Assembly (NCBI GenBank): GCA_041690135.1
Contig: JAWLHY010000004.1
Span: 192,001-256,000, forward strand
DNA from: Armatimonadota bacterium
GTDB lineage: Bacteria > Armatimonadota > SYMT01
Reading direction: 5' to 3'
DNA: 64,000 bases
This document shows, piece after piece, positions 30,241 through 39,183 of the stretch. The stretch's first letter is position 1. Every line of letters starts with the position of its first letter. Both the position numbers and the translations under genes were made by a program. The notes below the pieces were generated by a model. That model was not told the DNA's origin and did no database searches. It worked only from the letters and a program-made list of their open reading frames with translations.

Positions 30241-30411
30241 CACACCCCTTCGGGGTACCCGGTGCCCGGCTGGGGACAGTACAAACACAGAACCGGTGCG
30301 GGCACCGGCTATCGCCCAGGGCTGAACCCTCCATACGGACGCAGGCGCTGGGCTCTGCAACGTCACCGTCCCTGCACCCACACCCACTCCGTGGGTACCC
30401 GGGCGTAAACC
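30241..30411. repeat. Pair of GGGTACCC-core REP-like elements (also at 3040-3072 and 33460-33479)
   Basis: Reverse complement of 30243-30262 equals 33460-33479 (20/20); reverse complement of 30379-30411 is nearly identical to 3040-3072. Confidence 0.8.
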
Positions 30412-30609
30412 GCCGCGGGCACGGCTTATGTCCCTTTTTTGGGAGTTTCGCCGCCGCCGTGGAATCAACCGAGCGCCCACGCAGGTGGGCAGCGTGCCTT
30501 ACCAGAGCCCGGCCGTTCAGGGTCGTGGCAGCCAGGAGCAAGCACTGGTCCCATCGGAACCTGTCATGTGAAGATGCCGGAGAGAGGCCGCCCGGGTAGA
30601 AACGACTCC

Positions 30610-32256
30610 TCATTCCTTGCGGGGTGCGGCGCCTCGGCCTTTGGGGGGAGTTCCGGCGGTGGGTTTCGACCCTGCGGGAGTCCACTTCAGGGCGGGGGCC
30701 GTGAACTCTTTGCCGGCGACGATCCGCACTTCCACCTCGGCACCTTCCCACTTCCCTCCGGCCGGCGGGTCGGCGCCCTCGGCGGGACGGTAGACGCGCC
30801 GCACGCGGTAGACGCCCGGCTTAAGTGACGGGAGACGTACCAGGCCATTCGGCTCCACGTCCAGGTTCACCCAGCGGACTGCACCCCACACCTTGCCCTG
30901 CTGCGGGGAAAGCCCGATGGCCAGCACCCCTTCCCTGGCGGGAGTGTCCTTCAGCAGGACCTTCTGGACCAGCGTTCCACCCCCGCGGCTGTAGAACGGG
31001 TGGTCGGGACCGCTTTCCGGTCCGCCCGGCTCCGGCCGCGGCGGCGTGGGCAGGCGATGCGGCAGGAACGGCTTCTCGGGGGGCAGCGGGATGTCCCGCA
31101 TCTCAAAGGAGAAAAGCTTCTCCGGCACGGACCGCTGCACGATACAGAAGGCGGCTTTCACCAGCTTGACGGGACTCTTGGCGTAGGTGCACTCGATGTG
31201 GTAGATGCCGCCCGGCCCCCCGTTCCCGCTGAAGGTCATCGGGTCGTAGACCGTGCCGTTCTCATCGATCAACAGCGGAGCCATCTGGCCCGGGTCCTCC
31301 GGCATCGGGACCCCGCCATCTCCAGGAAGCGCGATCTCCAACTTCAGCACCGCGCCCGGCACCGGAGGCTCATCGATCTCCGCTGGGAGGTCGGCGGCCC
31401 GCTTGGGCGCGGGATCGAACTCGATGATCCGCACCGCGACGTCTCCCGCCTGCCGGGTGACCGTTTTGCCGGGTGCGGGGAGATCGATCTGGAACCGGGA
31501 AGTCTTTTGTACGCGGTAATGCAGCACGTCGCCCCGCAGCCAGACCAGCTTCCGCGCGCGCGGGTGCGGCCCCGCGAACATCAAGTGGCCGGACCACTCG
31601 TCGGGGTAGGCGGGGGAGAAGACGTTTCGATCCATCCCGTCCACGTTCGCGACCAGGCGATTGCCCAGGTCGTCCAGCGCGGTTATGTTCCGCAGTCCCG
31701 CGATCGCTTCCGCATCGCCGTCCTTCACCCGGCCGACGATCTCCACGGCCAGGTGGCTGTCATCCATCTCCTCTCCCTGGCCATCGAACCGGAGCATCCG
31801 GTTGATGCCGACCCGGGTCGCGGCCACGGACATGGAGACGGCGCCCTTCTCCACCAGCCCCACCGGTTTTCCGGGAGCGGGAACCTCCGGCGCCTGGAAC
31901 AGCGGGTGCAGCATGTAGCCCCCGCCCATCCCGCGGCCGGGGTGCAACGTGTATTTCTTGCACAGCTCCCGCAGGGCGGTCGAGAAGGGGGTGTCCTTCC
32001 ACTCGAAACTGGCGCGCGGGCCTTTCGGCTGCGCCGGCGGAGCGGGAGGGCGCGCCGGGCCATCGAACTGGTCCTGGTCGCTGAAAACGCGCAGGGGGAT
32101 CTGGGTGGCCTGTGAGAGGGCTGCCGCCGCCTCCGAGACGGTGGCGTTTCGAACCGACAGGGTCACCCGGGGATTGTCCGCTCCGGCGGGTGCCCCCACC
32201 ATGGTGACGAGCACCGCAACGACCCACCAACGACTGCGCATTCCTACCGCCTCCAT
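30610..32256 (-). CDS. Secreted hypothetical protein (STN-like N-terminal domain, beta-sandwich domains)
   Basis: Signal peptide RSRWWVVAVLVTMVGAPAGA; RVTLSVRNATVSEAAAALSQATQI; alternative start at 32241. Confidence 0.6.
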   Translation of the reverse strand: MEAVGMRSRWWVVAVLVTMVGAPAGADNPRVTLSVRNATVSEAAAALSQATQIPLRVFSDQDQFDGPARPPAPPAQPKGPRASFEWKDTPFSTALRELCKKYTLHPGRGMGGGYMLHPLFQAPEVPAPGKPVGLVEKGAVSMSVAATRVGINRMLRFDGQGEEMDDSHLAVEIVGRVKDGDAEAIAGLRNITALDDLGNRLVANVDGMDRNVFSPAYPDEWSGHLMFAGPHPRARKLVWLRGDVLHYRVQKTSRFQIDLPAPGKTVTRQAGDVAVRIIEFDPAPKRAADLPAEIDEPPVPGAVLKLEIALPGDGGVPMPEDPGQMAPLLIDENGTVYDPMTFSGNGGPGGIYHIECTYAKSPVKLVKAAFCIVQRSVPEKLFSFEMRDIPLPPEKPFLPHRLPTPPRPEPGGPESGPDHPFYSRGGGTLVQKVLLKDTPAREGVLAIGLSPQQGKVWGAVRWVNLDVEPNGLVRLPSLKPGVYRVRRVYRPAEGADPPAGGKWEGAEVEVRIVAGKEFTAPALKWTPAGSKPTAGTPPKGRGAAPRKE

Positions 32257-32411
32257 GGCTCACCCGCGGCGCGTCTGCCGGCCTCACCTGCTCGGGCCGG
32301 ACGCGAGCACCTCCTATTGTATGCACAGGTTCGGAGGCGCGGGATAGGGGTTTGTCGAAGTCTAATCCTAAATCGCCTTGTATCTCTTCATCCGGAAGTA
32401 TCGAGATTTCC

Positions 32412-33251
32412 ATGCAGCAACCGCCACCCGGAAGACGTCCACCGCATCCCCAGCCCGGGAGCGGCCACCCACCCAGTCACGTGCCGGGCCGTCCTCAACC
32501 CGGCCCACCGCCCGCCACTCCGGGGGCAATGCCCCAGCGCCAACCGGCGGCGCCCCAGCGCCCGCAATACGGCGCCCCCCAGCACCCGCAGGCGCAGCAC
32601 CCGGGGCAGGCACCGGCGCGCCCTACCCAGGCACCTCCCCCTCAGCACGGAGCCGGTGGTCCCCACAGTCCCAACTCGCCCCACCCGGGCGCAACTTCCC
32701 CAGGCGCGCCGCCCTCCGGCGTGCTGCTGCCCCCGATGAAGCCTCGGAAGAGTCGCGGTTCCCTTCGGTTCCTGGCGGGAACCTGCATCTTTTCCGGATG
32801 GTTGACGCTGGTCGTTTCGGTCATTCTGGCCGTGGTTTCCGTCACGGCCGGGTTTGCGGCCCAGCGGACCAACCTCGCGGCTACCACCGGAACACAGTAT
32901 TTCCCCCAAACGTCCTCGGCTCCGGCCGGTCCGGGGCAGTCCGGCCTGGGAGAGGGGGGAGGCCTGAGCGACCTCGGGATCGAGGGGCTTCCCGGAGTCG
33001 GCGGCGATTCCGGCCTGCTGGGTGGTCTCCGGAAGCCGGGCATGAACTTCAATCCCCTCTCTATGTTCCAATCACTCCTGGCGCCGCTCTACTTCATCAG
33101 TGGCGCCTTCACGCTGGTCACCGGCATCGTCACCTGTCTCCTGTTCCTGGGTCTCGGACAGGCGTGCTACGTGCTGCTGGACCTGGAGGAGCAGACGTTC
33201 CAGTTGGGGCAGGGTTTGCAGATGCTCGCGGCCCGTTTCGGGGTGCGGTAG
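32412..33251 (+). CDS. Pro/Gln-rich two-TM membrane protein
   Basis: P/Q/H-rich N-terminus, two hydrophobic segments, ...LGLGQACYVLLDLEE. Confidence 0.65.
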   Translation: MQQPPPGRRPPHPQPGSGHPPSHVPGRPQPGPPPATPGAMPQRQPAAPQRPQYGAPQHPQAQHPGQAPARPTQAPPPQHGAGGPHSPNSPHPGATSPGAPPSGVLLPPMKPRKSRGSLRFLAGTCIFSGWLTLVVSVILAVVSVTAGFAAQRTNLAATTGTQYFPQTSSAPAGPGQSGLGEGGGLSDLGIEGLPGVGGDSGLLGGLRKPGMNFNPLSMFQSLLAPLYFISGAFTLVTGIVTCLLFLGLGQACYVLLDLEEQTFQLGQGLQMLAARFGVR

Positions 33252-33754
33252 GGGCTTGCCGGCTGCGGCCCGGGTGACTTGGAAAATAGGGTGAGCCCCC
33301 GCCCCACCTTCGTGATCGTGATCTCAATCGCGAACACGATCACGAAGGTGAGACGCCCGCACACCGGAGTTTCGCCTGAAGGCCCGAAAGATGCTGTTGA
33401 GAAACTCGATCGCGGGCAGTTGCACTGCCTGCGGAAGCCTTCGTCCCGCAGGCCTACGCCCGGGTACCCCGAAGGGGTGATGGGTTGCACTGCGGAAGCC
33501 CGTGGTCTCCTAGTCGTCGCGGCTCACCCGGGTCGCCAATGCCGACACCGGGTCGGGAGCGGCTCAGTGCAACTGCGCACGAAGCGTTTCGGCTGCAGTC
33601 CAACTGCAGCCGATCATGACCAACACCTGGCCCCCATTCCCATTCGCCTCATTCGCCCAATTCGCGGATCGTCCGTCCCAATGCCCAACGCCTAACGCCC
33701 ACCCCCACCGCCCAACTTGACGCTCCTTCCAGACCCACGATATACCTTCCATAC

Positions 33755-33787
33755 CTCATCTATGATGAACGGTTCAATATTATTGAA
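33755..33787. promoter_or_regulatory. Tandem 15-bp palindromic operators, probable IclR autoregulatory sites
   Basis: CTCATCTATGATGAA (33755-69) and perfect TTCAATA-T-TATTGAA (33773-87), downstream of TTGACG-18 bp-TATACC (33717-46). Confidence 0.7.
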
Positions 33788-33799
33788 TACCCAAGCTAA

Positions 33800-34585
33800 A
33801 TGATCCAGGTTCTCCAGCGTGCGTTCTCGGTGCTTGAGCTGGTCTCCGACCGCGATATGGGATTGGCGGAGTTATCCGAGGCTACCGGCATCCAGAAGAC
33901 GACGCTTTGCAATATCCTTAAGACCCTGACCGACCTGGGCGCTCTCCGACGGACCTCTACCGGACGCTATGCCATCGGCAAGAAGCTGGTGGAACTGGCG
34001 GCGGCGGAGGGGCAGTCCAGTTCGCTGATGCCGCTCGCCCAGCGGACGGCGGACGACCTGGCGGCGCGCATCCGGGAGACAGTGGTCGTATCTGCGCTGC
34101 GCGGGGCCGAGCGTTTCGTGATCGGCTACTCCGTGGGGACGCAGAACCTGACGGTCCGCCTCGACCCGGATGAGCCCCGGTCCCCCTACGACGTGTGTAC
34201 CGGGCGCGTGCTCCTGGCCTACCTCTCGCCGGCGGAGCTGGACGCCGTGGTGCAGGCCCGCGGCTACCCCGGCCGGGAATGGCTCGGGATATCGGACCGG
34301 GAAAGCCTCGATCGCGCACTGGAGCAGGTCCGCGCCGCGGGGATGGCCTTTCAGCACGATCCCAACCGGCAGGTGCAAACGCTGGCCGCCCCGATCTACG
34401 GTCCGGATGGTCGCGCCTGGGCCGCCATCGGCATCAGCATGCCGGCAAGCCGCTACAGTGGAGATCAAGACCCGGTAGTCGCCGAACTGAGCGAGGCGGC
34501 GGCCCGGATGTCGGACGTGCTTTGCTATCGCGCTCCGGGCTCGCTCCCGGTTCCTTCACCCCTTCCCGAAAGATTGAGCGCATGA
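33800..34585 (+). CDS. IclR family transcriptional regulator
   Basis: IQVLQRAFSVLE...LAELSEATGIQKTTLCNILKTL; TGRVLLAY; LAAPI. Confidence 0.92.
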   Translation: MIQVLQRAFSVLELVSDRDMGLAELSEATGIQKTTLCNILKTLTDLGALRRTSTGRYAIGKKLVELAAAEGQSSSLMPLAQRTADDLAARIRETVVVSALRGAERFVIGYSVGTQNLTVRLDPDEPRSPYDVCTGRVLLAYLSPAELDAVVQARGYPGREWLGISDRESLDRALEQVRAAGMAFQHDPNRQVQTLAAPIYGPDGRAWAAIGISMPASRYSGDQDPVVAELSEAAARMSDVLCYRAPGSLPVPSPLPERLSA

Positions 34586-36636
34586 CGCCCCACCGTAAGT
34601 CTCGTGCATGGGGGCTGGTCCCCACGGCCGCCTTCGGCCTTCTGGTCCTCTCTCCCGCGCTATCGCAGGCCACCGCGCCGCAGAAGGCGAAGGCGGCTCC
34701 CACGACCAACGTCGCCGCACCGGCGAAAACGCCCGGAGGGAAGGCCGTCCACTTCGCCCGCGACGTCCGCCCCATCCTCGCGCACCACTGCTTTGCCTGC
34801 CACGCCAAGGGCCAGACGAAGGGTGGCCTGAGCCTGGATACTCGCGAGGCCCTGCTCAAAGGCGGCGCTTCGGGCCCGGCGATCGTCCCCGGAAAGGGCA
34901 CGGCCAGTGAACTGATCCGCCGGCTCGTCAGCCAGAAGCCGGGAGAGCGGATGCCGCCCGGAAAGCCGCTCACTCCAGAGCAGATCGCGGTGGTGCGGGC
35001 CTGGGTGGATCAGGGGGCGAAGTGGGAGGAGCTTTCGGAGGCGGACCGCGCGCGGAAGGCGGTGAACATCGCCCCCCGACGCCCCGTGGTTCCGCCGGGA
35101 TCCGGTAATCCCGTCGACCGGATCCTCACGGCCCAGCTCAAGAAGCAGAAGACGGTGGTCCGGGCCATCGACGACCGCACCTTCGCCCGCCGTGTTTACC
35201 TGGACGTGGTCGGGCTTCCCCCTACCCCGGAGGAACTGGAGCGTTTCCTGGCAGACAGCGGAAGCGACCGGCGCGAGCGGCTGGTCCGCACCCTGCTCGC
35301 GGACAACGCCCGCTATGCCGACCACTGGATCACCTTCTGGCAGGACCACCTGCGGGACGGGGTGAAGGACATCGGCACGACCGACGTGATGAAGCCGATC
35401 ACGACGTGGCTCCACGAGGCCCTGCTCACGAACCGGCCGTACGACCGGATGGTGACGGAGCTGATCACCGCGCCGGCGCCGAAGGACGGCCTCACCGCCA
35501 AGGAGGTCGAGCAGATCGAGCGCCAGCCGAAGCCCGGCAAGGATGACGCTTCCGGATTCCTGTTCGGGCAGGCCTCCGGCCTGGAGCGGCCCCGCGGCGA
35601 CCAGGCGTGGCAGGTACAGGCGGCGCAGAACATCGGGCAGGTCTTCCTGGGTGTCCAGCTCAAGTGCGCCACCTGCCACGACAGCTTCATCGACGGCTGG
35701 ACCATGGCGGACACCTGGGCGTTCGCCAATGCCCTGGGGGAGCAGCCGCTGGAGACGGTCCGCTGCGAGGTCCCCACCGGCAAGCGTTACGAGCCGCGCT
35801 TCCTCTTCCCGGAGGTGGGCGCGATCGACCCGAAAGCCCCCCAGGCCGAGCGCCAGAAGACCTTTGCCCGCTTGCTGACGAGTCCGCAGAACGGCCGCTT
35901 TGCACGGACGATCGTCAACCGGCTCTGGGCCCGGCTGCTGGGCGTGGGGATCGTCGAGCGCGTGGACGAGATGGACAGCACCCCCTGGAACGCCGACCTG
36001 CTGGACTTCCTCGCTTCCGACCTGGTGGAGCACGGGTACAACCTGAAACACACTCTGGAGGTAATCCTCACCTCCCGCGCCTACCAGATGCCGTCCGTCG
36101 ATGAACCCACCGGAGCCGAAACCGCCTACGTGTTCCGGGGTCCCAAGCTGCGGCGTCTCACGGCCGAGCAGTTCCAGGACTGCGTCTCCACGCTGCTGAA
36201 CCGGCCGGGGCGCGTGTGGAAGGAGAACGGCAACCGGCTGACCGAACTGCTGGGGCGTCCCGACCGCCGGGTGGTGGTGACCTCGCGCGACTCCCGCGCT
36301 TCCACGATGCAGGCGCTGGACCTGCTGAACGGCAGCGCGTTGTTCGACCTGATCTACACCGACGGCAAGACGACGCGGCTCACGGCGGACAACGCCGCGA
36401 AGGTGCTGGGGAAGCAGTCCGCGGGTGCGAAACCGAACCCGCAGCTTGAGGCGTTGGCCGCACTGCCGCGGGAACGCCTGGTGACCCAGCTTTACACCCA
36501 CGCCTTGAGCCGGCCGCCGGTGGAGAAGGAGTTGCGCCACGCCCTGGACCTGCTGGGCGAGCAGCCCACTCCCGAAACCGTAGCCGACCTGATCTGGGTG
36601 CTCACGATGCTGCCCGAATTCCAACTGATCCGGTAG
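34582..36636 (+). CDS. Planctomycete-type cytochrome c + DUF1549 + DUF1553 secreted protein
   Basis: FARDVRPILAHHCFACH, ARRVYLDVVGLPPT, FLGVQLKCATCHD, VNRLWARLLGVG, RRLTAEQ. Confidence 0.9.
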   Translation: MTPHRKSRAWGLVPTAAFGLLVLSPALSQATAPQKAKAAPTTNVAAPAKTPGGKAVHFARDVRPILAHHCFACHAKGQTKGGLSLDTREALLKGGASGPAIVPGKGTASELIRRLVSQKPGERMPPGKPLTPEQIAVVRAWVDQGAKWEELSEADRARKAVNIAPRRPVVPPGSGNPVDRILTAQLKKQKTVVRAIDDRTFARRVYLDVVGLPPTPEELERFLADSGSDRRERLVRTLLADNARYADHWITFWQDHLRDGVKDIGTTDVMKPITTWLHEALLTNRPYDRMVTELITAPAPKDGLTAKEVEQIERQPKPGKDDASGFLFGQASGLERPRGDQAWQVQAAQNIGQVFLGVQLKCATCHDSFIDGWTMADTWAFANALGEQPLETVRCEVPTGKRYEPRFLFPEVGAIDPKAPQAERQKTFARLLTSPQNGRFARTIVNRLWARLLGVGIVERVDEMDSTPWNADLLDFLASDLVEHGYNLKHTLEVILTSRAYQMPSVDEPTGAETAYVFRGPKLRRLTAEQFQDCVSTLLNRPGRVWKENGNRLTELLGRPDRRVVVTSRDSRASTMQALDLLNGSALFDLIYTDGKTTRLTADNAAKVLGKQSAGAKPNPQLEALAALPRERLVTQLYTHALSRPPVEKELRHALDLLGEQPTPETVADLIWVLTMLPEFQLIR

Positions 36637-36647
36637 ACCCACGAGCC

Positions 36648-38045
36648 ATGACCAAGCAAGAACTGAACCGCAGAGATTTCCTGGCCGGCGCCGGCGCGGC
36701 CACCCTGGCCACGCTTGCCGCGCCCGCCCCCCGCGCCTACGCCGAGGTGGAGAAGCCGGAGCCGCTGGCCGATTCGATGATCCTGCTCTGGATGGGCGGA
36801 GCCATGGGACAGACGGAAACGTTCGATCCCAAGCGGTACACGCCGTACGAGGTGGGAACGAAGCTAACGGACCTGCTCTGCACCTTCCCCAGCATCGACA
36901 CCGCCGTCGATAACATCAAGTTCTGCCAGGGCGTGGAGCACCTCGCGAAGGTGATGGACCGCGGCACGCTGATCCGCAGCTACGTGGCGCGCGACTACGG
37001 CCAGCTCGAGGAGAACCTGCAGCACATCCCCTACCAGATCAAGTGGCACACCGGCTACGCCCCGCCGCAAACGGTGAACCCGCCCTACCTGGGCGCCTGG
37101 ATCTCCCACGCGCTGGGCCCGCTCAACCCCGATCTCCCCGCCTACATCGACGTAAGCCGCCCGCTGGACACCGGCAACGTTTTCCTGGCGCTCCCCTCCT
37201 TTACGGCCCCGGGCTTTCTCGGCAGCGAGCACGGCTCCCTGGTCATCCCGGACGCGGAGCGCGGCCAGGAGGTGGTCCGCGCCCGCCTGCCGCAGGGACG
37301 GTTCGACAACCGGTACCGCAAGCTAAAGGCCCTGGTCGAAGCGAGCCCTGTGTCGGAGCTGGCCAGCAGCTACCAGAAGGAGTCGCTGATGCGCTCCATG
37401 GAGAACGCCTACCGGCTCGTCAACTCCCCGGCGGTGAAGGCGTTCGACCTCTCCCAGGAGCCGAAGGAAGTCTTCGACAAGTACAACACCGGCCCGTTCG
37501 GACGCGGCTGCCTGCTGGCCCGCCGCCTGGTGGAGAACCGCGCCCGGTTCGTGGAGGTGCACGTCGACTTCGAAAACGCGAAAGGCTGGGACACCCACTC
37601 CGACGGGCACAACGGCATCCAGGTGATGAAGAAGACGGTCGACGCCCCGATCGCGCAGCTCATCCTCGACCTGGAAGAACGCGGTCTCCTGAAGCGGACC
37701 CTGGTGGTGGTCGCCACCGAGTTCGGCCGGGCCACCCTGGGCCGCGGCTCCTCGAAGGTGCCCGCGGTCGACAAGATGATCAACTACGGCATCCACGGCC
37801 ACTTCGCGGGCGCGGCCTCCCTGCTGATGTTCGGGGGCGGTGTGAAGCAGGGCTTCGTCTACGGCAAGACCAACGACGAGTTCCCCTGCGAGACGGTGGA
37901 GAACCCGGTCTTCATCCACGACCTGCACGCCACGATCTACCGGATCATGGGGATCTCGCCCAAGTACAACGTCGAGGTGGAGAAGCGGCCGTTCTACGTG
38001 ACCAAGGACGGGATCGGTAAGCCGATCTCGGCCATCCTTGGCTAA
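36648..38045 (+). CDS. DUF1501 domain protein with Tat signal
   Basis: NRRDFL Tat motif; LLWMGG...ETFDPK, FGRGCLLARRLVE, GWDTH, ATEFGR. Confidence 0.9.
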   Translation: MTKQELNRRDFLAGAGAATLATLAAPAPRAYAEVEKPEPLADSMILLWMGGAMGQTETFDPKRYTPYEVGTKLTDLLCTFPSIDTAVDNIKFCQGVEHLAKVMDRGTLIRSYVARDYGQLEENLQHIPYQIKWHTGYAPPQTVNPPYLGAWISHALGPLNPDLPAYIDVSRPLDTGNVFLALPSFTAPGFLGSEHGSLVIPDAERGQEVVRARLPQGRFDNRYRKLKALVEASPVSELASSYQKESLMRSMENAYRLVNSPAVKAFDLSQEPKEVFDKYNTGPFGRGCLLARRLVENRARFVEVHVDFENAKGWDTHSDGHNGIQVMKKTVDAPIAQLILDLEERGLLKRTLVVVATEFGRATLGRGSSKVPAVDKMINYGIHGHFAGAASLLMFGGGVKQGFVYGKTNDEFPCETVENPVFIHDLHATIYRIMGISPKYNVEVEKRPFYVTKDGIGKPISAILG

Positions 38046-38189
38046 CGGGCTCACCGCAAAGACGCGAAGGGAACGCAGAGGGCCGCAAAGGGAAAGGAAC
38101 CGGCTGCACGGGGAACCTGAGCTTTCTGGCTAGTTACCGTAGAAGGCGAGGCGGACGCCCGGCGGCGGCACCCGCTGTGGTTCTATTGC

Positions 38190-39173
38190 ATGAAGCGTAC
38201 TGGGGCGGGCGAGACGCCCGCCCCACTCACCACGCCACCCCTCACCACTCCCATGGGTTACGCACTTTACCGGGTCGAGCAGATCGGCAGTCCGTTCCTG
38301 ATCATCCACGAGCCGATCTTCCTGATCCCGAAGGGCGGCTGCCATCCGGTGGTCAACTACGCTCGCAAGCTGATCTTCATCATCCAGGGGGAGTGCCGCC
38401 ATCAGGTGGTGGGGGCGACGGGGCCGGATGCGGACGTGCACCTCAAGGCGGGAGACATCATGGTGCTCCCCCACCGGTGCACCCACCAGTACCTGGCGCT
38501 GCAGCCGGGGACGGCGGTCCGGATGCACGCCCTCCGGCTGGCCTTCGACCCGGTGGAAGTTCCGCCGTTGGAGTTAGGGGAACGTCGTCCCCTGGAAGGC
38601 GGCGACCCGGAGACCGACCTGGCCGCCCTGGCACGGCAGCAGTTCTCCGCCATCCACCACCTGCCGAGCGGGCAGGACGCCTCCATCCGGGAGGTGCTGC
38701 GCGTCTTCCGGGAGGAGGCCCAGCAGCGGCCGCCCGCTTATCGCCTGCGGATCCGAGGGCTTTGCACCAGCCTCACCACGCTGGTCGCCCGGAAGCTGAT
38801 GGAAGCGCCGGGCCTCGCGCTGGCGCCGGACGGCCAGCGGGGACTCCACCACGTCAACCAGGCCAAGGACTACCTGATCCGGCACCTGGACCAGCCGCTG
38901 CACCTGGAGGACGTCGCCGCCCACGTGCAGCTCAGCGAGGAGTACCTGGCCCGCCTCTTCAAGCAGGTGACGGGCCAGACCGTGTTCGACTATATCCGCC
39001 AGATGCGGTTCGAGCAGGCGAAGATCTACCTCTCCGGCTCCGATCTCAACGTCAGCGAGATCGCCCAGCGGACCGGCTTCGGCTCCCTCTCCGTGTTCAG
39101 CCGCAGCTTCAAGCGCGAGCTGGGCATGAGCCCCTCCGACTACCGCCGCCAGATCGCGTCGGAAATCGGGTGA
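38190..39173 (+). CDS. AraC family transcriptional regulator (cupin-like N-terminus)
   Basis: LSEEYLARLFKQVTG...EIAQRTGFGSLSVFSRSFKRELGMSPSDYR; alternative start at 38253. Confidence 0.92.
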   Translation: MKRTGAGETPAPLTTPPLTTPMGYALYRVEQIGSPFLIIHEPIFLIPKGGCHPVVNYARKLIFIIQGECRHQVVGATGPDADVHLKAGDIMVLPHRCTHQYLALQPGTAVRMHALRLAFDPVEVPPLELGERRPLEGGDPETDLAALARQQFSAIHHLPSGQDASIREVLRVFREEAQQRPPAYRLRIRGLCTSLTTLVARKLMEAPGLALAPDGQRGLHHVNQAKDYLIRHLDQPLHLEDVAAHVQLSEEYLARLFKQVTGQTVFDYIRQMRFEQAKIYLSGSDLNVSEIAQRTGFGSLSVFSRSFKRELGMSPSDYRRQIASEIG

Positions 39174-39183
39174 GCCGGGATCC

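Noticed and set aside
38050-38100. CACCGCAAAGACGCGAAG...CGCAGAG..CGCAAAG stretch as an ncRNA
   Set aside because: Short degenerate CGC(A/G)AAG direct repeats with no stable structure evident; single occurrence in the window.
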